Origin: Candidatus Marinacidobacterales bacterium
GTDB taxonomy: Bacteria; Acidobacteriota; Vicinamibacteria; Marinacidobacterales; SMYC01
Direction of reading: 5' to 3'
DNA: 64,000 nt
NCBI GenBank assembly: GCA_965237955.1
Contig: OZ250169.1
Coordinates: 3,360,001 to 3,424,000 of the forward strand
Shown in pieces: positions 57,828 through 64,000 of this stretch. Both the position numbers and the translations under genes were made by a program. The notes under the pieces were generated by a model. It made no database searches. It was given only the letters and a program-made list of their open reading frames with translations, and was not told the DNA's origin. Numbering within the stretch: position 1 is the stretch's first letter; each line of letters opens with the position of its first letter.

Positions 57828-60533
57828 CTAAATGCGATTTTGGATGTTCGACATTGCTCTTGATGCGTAATCTCTGGTCTTAACGTCGTCGTTGCTTTGC
57901 AAACTCTCCAGAAGCGCCATGCTGTTACGGTCGCCGAGTCTGCCGATCGCTTCTATGGCGTTCAGACGTGCGAGGTCATAATCATCGGCTAGCCGCTCTT
58001 CGAGACGTCTCAGATCTTCGCTTCGGCCCAACCGGCCGACAACGTAGATGGCGCATGCGCGTACCCACGGCGAGCGGTGGCGGGTGAGCTCGGACAGCAC
58101 CTCGTGGGACTCTCTCGAGGGGAGCTCGAAAAAGGAGCTACCGTGCTCGGCGATGGCCCGCGGGTTCTCGTGCTCGAACAGCGGCAAGATGCCACCGAGG
58201 AGCGCCGGCTCGACACGGACTTCGAGCGCTTCGATCGCACTCGATCGCACGTAACGGTCGGGGTGATTCAAGTTGCTGAGGATGAGCCGCATCCCAGGCT
58301 CGCTGATGAAGACCGACCGTAGAACTTGATGCGCGTTGCGCTTCGCACGCGCGACTCTGTGGACGATCGAATCTTTGAGAAGCTCGAGCGCGGGGTCTTC
58401 GGTCACGCGGGTCAAACGGGTCAACGCTTCGAGCCGTAACAAATCGTAGTACGCCTCTTCGGCCTCCAAGGATAGGACCGGGAGAAGTGCCTGGCGCGCA
58501 CGCTCGGTTCCGATGCGATCGAGCGCGCGGATCACATAGCGGCGCCCTTCGACGTCGGCGCTCCAGAGCGCGAGCGTGAGCATGTCGATCGCGGGCTCTC
58601 CGCAGCTTTCGAGCGCACGGGCGGCGAGATGACGCGTGGCTCCGTCGCCCTCCTCTAGATAATGTATGAGGCGCTTGAGCGCATCGCGTTCTCCGGAGCG
58701 AGCGAGGTCGAGAAACTGCTCGCGCTTCGCGGATTTGGTTTCGGCTTCGGGCTTGGGCTCGGGTTTGGACTTGGACTTGGACTTGTCAGTGCTGCGGGGC
58801 GGGGCTGGCTCGGGAGCGCTCGCGGCGGGTGCCGCCTCATGCTCATGTTCATCGGGAGCGGTCAGGTCCTCGACGCGGAAGATGCCGCTTTCGGCGATCG
58901 ACGTCATCCCGCTGGCTCGCACCCGGGGGTCTCGATGCTCGAGGCTTTCTCGCTCGGGTACGTCGTTTTGGCGGTGCACCATCTTCCCGAGCGCGGAAAG
59001 CATGCGCGTCCGCACGTCCGCGTCCGTTTCTTCGCGGAAACGCTCCACTAGCAGCGACGCCGCCTCGGGCGCTTTCAGCTCGCTCGCGACTTCCACCGCG
59101 AGCAAGCGCACCGAAGCCTCGTCGTTTTCGAGAGCCCGCCTCAGCCCGGAAACGTGTGCCGGCGGCTCCTGCTTCTGGACGACGTGCATCATCGTGGACG
59201 GGAACGCGAATCGGAATCGGCTCCTCTCCTTGAGCACACGAACGAGGCTCTCGACGTAGTGTTCTTTGAGCTGAACCGTGAGTAGCAGAAAAGCCACGGA
59301 AAGCAGGAGCGCACCGCCGAGAATGTATTGGAGAGGTAGCGCGGTCCCGACCATGAGGAACAACCCTCCGAGGAGAACGCCGAAGGGCTCGATCACGGTT
59401 TCCTTGAACGCTTTCGCGCGACCGCGCCGCTCGCCGGGAATCGCGTTGTAGACGAGGTCGGTGGAGGTCCGCACAAGTGAGATGCGGAGCACTTTTTGGA
59501 TCGATCGCGACGCCAACACGACGTTGAAGACGACTCGCACCATCTGACCGCCCGCCGCGAGCCAGACACTACCGATGGCGACAAAGGCTCCGAGGAACGT
59601 GAGCGGTGCCAAAAGGAATCCGCGAGTCACCCCTACCGAGGAGATGATGCGATTCGCCAACAGGAACTGCACGAGAGAGCCTGCCGCGAGAACGACCGCG
59701 TTCAACACCGCGTAGAACGACGTGAGCTCGTCGATGGATCCGAAGGTGGCGTGCGCCGCCTTGCCCATCAAGAAATCGAGCACCTGTGCGAGCAGAGCCA
59801 GGAGGAGCAAGCTGAGCGAAAGCGTGCGCAACAGTCCGGAGCTCAGCGAGGCCTCCAAGTCCGCACGCAGTCCCTTCCACAGCCCGATTAACGTGTAGAG
59901 TGTGTGGGCCCGATGGGGCGTTTCGCGGCGCAGCGGGAAGTGGCTTCGCCATCGCCGCGATACGAGAAATATGGGGACGATCCCCGCCGCGAGGAGAGCA
60001 CCGGCCGCGGTGAGAAACGACTCGGTGCCGAAGCGTCCGGCGAGAAGAGCCGTGGCAACCGAGGCGACGAGCCCACCCATGAGGCTGAAGCCGAGGAGCA
60101 CTGGAAACAGCCGCTTCGCCTGGCGGATGTCCAGAAGGTCGCCCGCAAGAAGCCAGAACTGGAGAAACACGAGGCTCTTCATCAGGTAGCACGCGATGTA
60201 GAGCTCCCGATAGACGAACGCCGGCGCGCGGTCGGCGAGCGCCGTCGAGGCGAGAACAATCGCCGAGAACACGACCAAGATGACGCTGAAGAGCTTGGCT
60301 CGATCGAGACGATCGATGACGGGGATGATGATGAGTCCGACGAAGATGAGGGCCAAAGCACTCGCCGAATAAACTTCGGGAAGCGTATCGGGTCCGAGAC
60401 GGCGGATGAGAAGAGCGGTCGCGCTGATGTCGACGAGACTGTGCGCGGCGGCCAGCAGGAAGTGCAGCAGACCGAGGGTGAGGATGAGCCGCCGGTCACC
60501 CTCGAGGACGTTGAGTGCCTTAGCGAGTTTCAA
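57828..60533 (-). CDS. Npt/TLC-like (nucleotide transporter family) membrane domain fused to HEAT repeats
   Basis: About 12 TM segments with QFWLLAGDLLDIRQAKRLFP and RGRAKAF, followed by HEAT repeats. Confidence 0.82.
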   Translation of the reverse strand: MKLAKALNVLEGDRRLILTLGLLHFLLAAAHSLVDISATALLIRRLGPDTLPEVYSASALALIFVGLIIIPVIDRLDRAKLFSVILVVFSAIVLASTALADRAPAFVYRELYIACYLMKSLVFLQFWLLAGDLLDIRQAKRLFPVLLGFSLMGGLVASVATALLAGRFGTESFLTAAGALLAAGIVPIFLVSRRWRSHFPLRRETPHRAHTLYTLIGLWKGLRADLEASLSSGLLRTLSLSLLLLALLAQVLDFLMGKAAHATFGSIDELTSFYAVLNAVVLAAGSLVQFLLANRIISSVGVTRGFLLAPLTFLGAFVAIGSVWLAAGGQMVRVVFNVVLASRSIQKVLRISLVRTSTDLVYNAIPGERRGRAKAFKETVIEPFGVLLGGLFLMVGTALPLQYILGGALLLSVAFLLLTVQLKEHYVESLVRVLKERSRFRFAFPSTMMHVVQKQEPPAHVSGLRRALENDEASVRLLAVEVASELKAPEAASLLVERFREETDADVRTRMLSALGKMVHRQNDVPERESLEHRDPRVRASGMTSIAESGIFRVEDLTAPDEHEHEAAPAASAPEPAPPRSTDKSKSKSKPEPKPEAETKSAKREQFLDLARSGERDALKRLIHYLEEGDGATRHLAARALESCGEPAIDMLTLALWSADVEGRRYVIRALDRIGTERARQALLPVLSLEAEEAYYDLLRLEALTRLTRVTEDPALELLKDSIVHRVARAKRNAHQVLRSVFISEPGMRLILSNLNHPDRYVRSSAIEALEVRVEPALLGGILPLFEHENPRAIAEHGSSFFELPSRESHEVLSELTRHRSPWVRACAIYVVGRLGRSEDLRRLEERLADDYDLARLNAIEAIGRLGDRNSMALLESLQSNDDVKTRDYASRAMSNIQNRI

Positions 60534-60996
60534 GGCCGAGCCGTCGTGCCTCTTCCATCAACTTCCGGTAGCGTTGATCCGACTGGCGCAGGCGTCGGGT
60601 GAGCTCGCGGAATACCTCGAAGGCGATATCGGGGTAGTCTTGAACCGCCGAGCGGAAATCGTTCTTGTGGAGCACGAGAAGACTGGAGTCCTCGTCGGTG
60701 ACAGCGGTGGCAGAGCGAGGCCGGTCATCGATAATTGCCATTTCTCCGAAATGGCCTCCTTTCGCGACCACGTCCACCCGAGTTTGCTCGCCTCCGACGT
60801 CTTGTAGCACGCTGACCTGACCGCTTCGCACGAGGTACATCTCGTCGCCGAGATCCTGTTCGGCGAACACCACCTCGCCCGATCGGACCGTTTTCTCATG
60901 GATGAAGTCAGAAAGTCGTTTCAGGCCTTCTCCGGGGACTTCGCGGAACAGAGGCGTGCTCTTCAACGCAAGGATCACTTCCATCACGGAGAGCAT
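60520..60996 (-). CDS. Stand-alone cyclic nucleotide-binding domain protein
   Basis: LKSTPLF..GDEMYLVRSGQV..FGEMAII..PRSATA. Confidence 0.9.
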   Translation of the reverse strand: MLSVMEVILALKSTPLFREVPGEGLKRLSDFIHEKTVRSGEVVFAEQDLGDEMYLVRSGQVSVLQDVGGEQTRVDVVAKGGHFGEMAIIDDRPRSATAVTDEDSSLLVLHKNDFRSAVQDYPDIAFEVFRELTRRLRQSDQRYRKLMEEARRLGLETR

Positions 60997-61068
60997 GGCG
61001 GGGATTATAGATGAAGACACCCTAATAAGCCCACGATCCTTAATAAGTCCCCGATCGGCTTCGGCGGG

Positions 61069-61094
61069 TCCGCCGTAGCCTTGGCGGAGGCGGA
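61069..61094. repeat. REP-like palindrome
   Basis: tccgccgtagccttggcggaggcgga, with an inverted relative at about 62854-62877. Confidence 0.6.
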
Positions 61095-61359
61095 AGCGAG
61101 GTCGGGTGAGGGTGCCACCCCAAAACTCGTGCTCTCTAGACGGCTGTCTATGGATCCGGGTCAGGCGACCCAAGTTGCAGCGAGTTGTGCGGTGGCTCCC
61201 TCACCCCCCTCGTATCGCCAGAGCTCGGTTTAGGGGGAAGCCCCCCCGCCCGTGTGGGGGGTGACCCCCGAAAACCTGTGCTGGAGATCACAGCGGCGCG
61301 AATCAATCGTGTATCTGTATTTTTTTGAACTAGTTACCTTGTGCACTGGATCCCGTTTC

Positions 61360-61375
61360 GGGCACGACCTTTGCT
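61360..61375 (+). promoter_or_regulatory. Putative sigma54 (-24/-12) promoter
   Basis: gGGCACG-acct-TTGCT matches GGCACG-N4-TTGCW spacing, about 20 nt upstream of the EAL ORF. Confidence 0.65.
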
Positions 61376-61396
61376 AGGTCTTTCCCGAGGCTACCT

Positions 61397-62837
61397 GTGG
61401 AAGAAACCCTGAACGAAACCGAGACGTCGGCGCCGACCGCGGGTGACGCGCCGGACGACGCGCCCGCCGTGAATGCTGCCAACGGGGATCTCGGTGCCGC
61501 CGTGATCGGCGAAGTCTGCGCCCCTCCAGTCCCCGTCACGGGAGCCACCGGACAGACTGGACAGGTGCCCTGCTATCGCGACGACTCGGAGGCGATCCAC
61601 GGCATGCTCGTGGACAACCGCTCGCTCGCACTTCTCTACGTGGATGCATCCAACCTGGCCGCGGTCGAGCACGACTACGGCGCAGCGATTTACGAACAGG
61701 TCCGGGCAATCTTGACGAACTTGATCCTGGATATGAGAGGCGTCGAGACCCGGCGCGACGACCTCGTCACCGTGAACGAGACCCACGGCGACACGTTCTT
61801 GATTTTCTTGTCGAAGAAACGCGAGGAGCGGCCGTTCGGGCAAGGCGATTTGGAAACGATGGCGGATCGCATTCACGAGTACTTGACGAGACGATTAACT
61901 CGTATGACGAGCTCGTATCTTCGTTCGACGGCTCAAGCTCGGCATCGGCTACAGCCTGGTGTTGCACAATCCGCTCATCAATGCGGATCGGCTGGTGCTG
62001 CAGCTCATCGAGGAAGCTCGACGCATGGCCGACATTCAGGATCATCGGCTCTCGGTCAAGAGCAAAGAAGTTCTCCAGGAGATCATCCTCAAAGAGGACG
62101 TGCGAACTCTGTTCCAACCGATCATCGATCTGAGATCACGCGAAACCCTGGGCTACGAAGGACTCACCCGGGGGCCACAGGGCACCGAGTTCGAAAGCCC
62201 GTACATGCTCTTCGACATCGCGACCGAATCGGATCTCGTGTTCGAGCTCGATCGTCTGTGTCGCCGCAACGCCATCACCTCGGCGAGAGAGTTGAAGCCA
62301 CAGCACAAGCTCTTCGTGAACCTTCGACCGACGACGATCCAGGACCCCGAGTTTCAAGGCGAGCGCATGCTGGCGTTCTTGAAGGAGAACAACCTGTCGC
62401 CGTCTCGAATCGTTCTCGAGTTCACCGAGCGTCTAGCGATCGAAAACTACGACCTGTTCTTGGAAGCGATGAAGGCATTCACCGACCTCGGGTTCGAGAT
62501 CGCTATCGACGACACGGGTGCCGGTTATTCGGGCCTCGAGAAAATCGTGCACTTGAACCCGAAGTATTTGAAGTTCGACTTGATGATGGTGCGCGATATC
62601 GACACCAGCTTCGTCAAGCGCGAGATGCTGAAGGCGATCCACTCGTTGGCGGTGAACGTCGGTGCCGACGTCATCGCCGAGGGCATCGAGCGCGTCGAGG
62701 AGCTCGAAACGCTTCTAGCGCTCGGTATCCCGTACGGTCAGGGATTCCTCTTTGCCCGGCCGACGCCCAAGTTCATCGAAGTACCCACCGTAGAACACCG
62801 TACCGTCAACGAAGTGCCCGGCTTGATCGTTGACTAG
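61397..62837 (+). CDS. Degenerate GGDEF-like + EAL protein, paralogue of 45387-46703 (frameshift near 61925)
   Basis: HGDTFLIF, then FQPI, EGLTR, LFVN, LEFTE, IDDTGAGYS, AEGIE, QG. Confidence 0.88.
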
Positions 62838-62905
62838 GCCATCGGCCATCAGCCCGCCTCCGCTGAAGCTGCGGCGGGGCGCGCCGAACCCTAGCGCGAA
62901 GGCGG
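62838..62905. repeat. Short heptamer arm plus REP-like palindromes between convergent genes
   Basis: gccatc ggccatc agcc; ccgcctccgctgaagctgcggcgg; cgccgaaccctagcgcgaaggcg. Confidence 0.6.
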
Positions 62906-62909
62906 CCCG

Positions 62910-63941
62910 TCAGTTTTGCTCGGCTTCCGTTTTGTCGGCTTGTTGTGACAGGCGTTCCAGGGTTTCGTAGGGCACCGTGAGCGATACGTCGACCTCGTTG
63001 TCGAACTGATCGATTTGAATGGAGTTCAAGATGGCGCCGATGTCGGGGTTCTCGTGTTGCAAGCTTCCGAGGGCGATGAAGCCGCGCACCACGTCGGCGA
63101 GCTTGATGGCAGATTCGAGGTCGGCCGCCAGTCCACGAGCGCGAAGAGCGATGTCGGCGTCGAGCCGGCCTGAAAAAACGAGCGAGTGAATGGGTGGGAT
63201 CTCGCCACCCGCAGGGAGCATGCTGTTGAAGCCGTTCTCCGGCGCGGCCGCGATCCAGAAGGTGTCATTCGCGAACGTGCCTTCACCCCAGCTCTGATTG
63301 AGCGCGGCTCCAGCGGAGCTAGCGCGCCCCTGGCCGGTATCGAGCATCTGCCGAATGTAGTCGCGGTCGCCTATTACGATGGTATCGCTGTCCGCAAACG
63401 CGAAGGCGGTCTTTTCGGAAACGCTGACGTGCTCAGCGTCTTGATCGTCATGCGGCGTTGGATAGTAAATCGTCGTTCCGTGGTAGTCCTCGACCTTGAC
63501 GTCCGCGACTACCTTGAGCTTGTCGATGAGGGTTCCGGCGTCGAACGCACCCTGGATCGAGATTCCCCAGCTCTTTGCCGAGGGGCTCCCACCCCGAGCT
63601 TCGCCCGAACCGGTGTCGGTGGTCACAACAGCGAAACTCGCCCGGTAGAGGTCGGTGAACGGATCGAGCCCTGTCGCCTCACGAAAGTCGTCGAGCTCGT
63701 CCCGTGATTCCTGTGCGTCGATCTGCTTTTCCCACTTCTCACGAAGTGGGCTCGCGAAGAGCGAAGTGAGATCGACGTGGCCTATTACACTGGCGTCGGC
63801 CGGTAGCCACGCCATCGTGGCCGGGAGGCCAGGCGATTGTGCCTCGACACCGGAGGCTCCGAGATAAGCGACGGCGCCGATCCCGAGACCGGCGACAACG
63901 GCGCCGGCGGCTAGGGTCAAAATCCAGCGGGACTTCTTCAT
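62910..63941 (-). CDS. Hypothetical exported/membrane-anchored protein
   Basis: N-terminal hydrophobic segment, LPADASVIGHVD, aaggag RBS. Confidence 0.8.
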   Translation of the reverse strand: MKKSRWILTLAAGAVVAGLGIGAVAYLGASGVEAQSPGLPATMAWLPADASVIGHVDLTSLFASPLREKWEKQIDAQESRDELDDFREATGLDPFTDLYRASFAVVTTDTGSGEARGGSPSAKSWGISIQGAFDAGTLIDKLKVVADVKVEDYHGTTIYYPTPHDDQDAEHVSVSEKTAFAFADSDTIVIGDRDYIRQMLDTGQGRASSAGAALNQSWGEGTFANDTFWIAAAPENGFNSMLPAGGEIPPIHSLVFSGRLDADIALRARGLAADLESAIKLADVVRGFIALGSLQHENPDIGAILNSIQIDQFDNEVDVSLTVPYETLERLSQQADKTEAEQN

Positions 63942-64000
63942 AACGGTCTCCTTGAAGACGTGCTATTCACAAGAACGGATTTGCGGGGGTTCAAGTTCTA

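Noticed and set aside
23755-61930. Single-base frameshifts (Uma2, helicase, kinase-like, EAL2, htrA) as programmed recoding or phase variation
   Set aside because: No consistent slippery motif, and several lie in short homopolymers. Sequencing error or decay cannot be excluded without reads.
61397-62833. 478-aa ORF as a single novel protein
   Set aside because: Its C-terminal ~300 aa is off-frame read-through of the EAL domain encoded in 61959-62837.

Overview
High-GC bacterial chromosome segment. Gene content suggests Acidobacteriota/Vicinamibacteria (inference only). It has two zones. (1) About 1.3-18 kb is a mobile-element graveyard: a reductive-dehalogenase-like gene at the left edge, a 1501-aa STAND/NACHT NLR-like protein with an N-terminal restriction-endonuclease-like domain, ten termini plus two miniature forms of one poorly characterised integrase-core IS family, two inverted IS5 copies, a DUF2924 + large serine recombinase module split by an IS3 element with a 4-bp TSD, and a group II intron 3' remnant. 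(2) About 18-64 kb is mostly backbone: ogt, lspA, an ABC exporter with a lipoprotein hydrolase, argE-like, mscS, a sulfatase-like protein, an SF1 helicase, ParB-like, an M48 peptidase, tRNA-Leu(CAA), carD, plsC, two EAL paralogues, glnA, an octaheme cytochrome, an Omp85 + exported kinase-fold pair, pckA, gpmA, and NTT-HEAT + cNMP. This zone also carries many frameshifts and large-deletion pseudogenes, and some single-base frameshifts may be sequencing errors. The best candidates for undescribed biology are: a four-helix-bundle gene enclosed by 27-bp inverted heptamer-repeat arms, with solo arms and analogous empty octamer cassettes elsewhere; the STAND protein with an N-G-W-N-E Walker B; the Omp85 / exported HipA-PI3K-fold kinase operon; and the clustered IS ends and mini-elements. 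All family calls come from motif recognition by eye, and no database searches were run.
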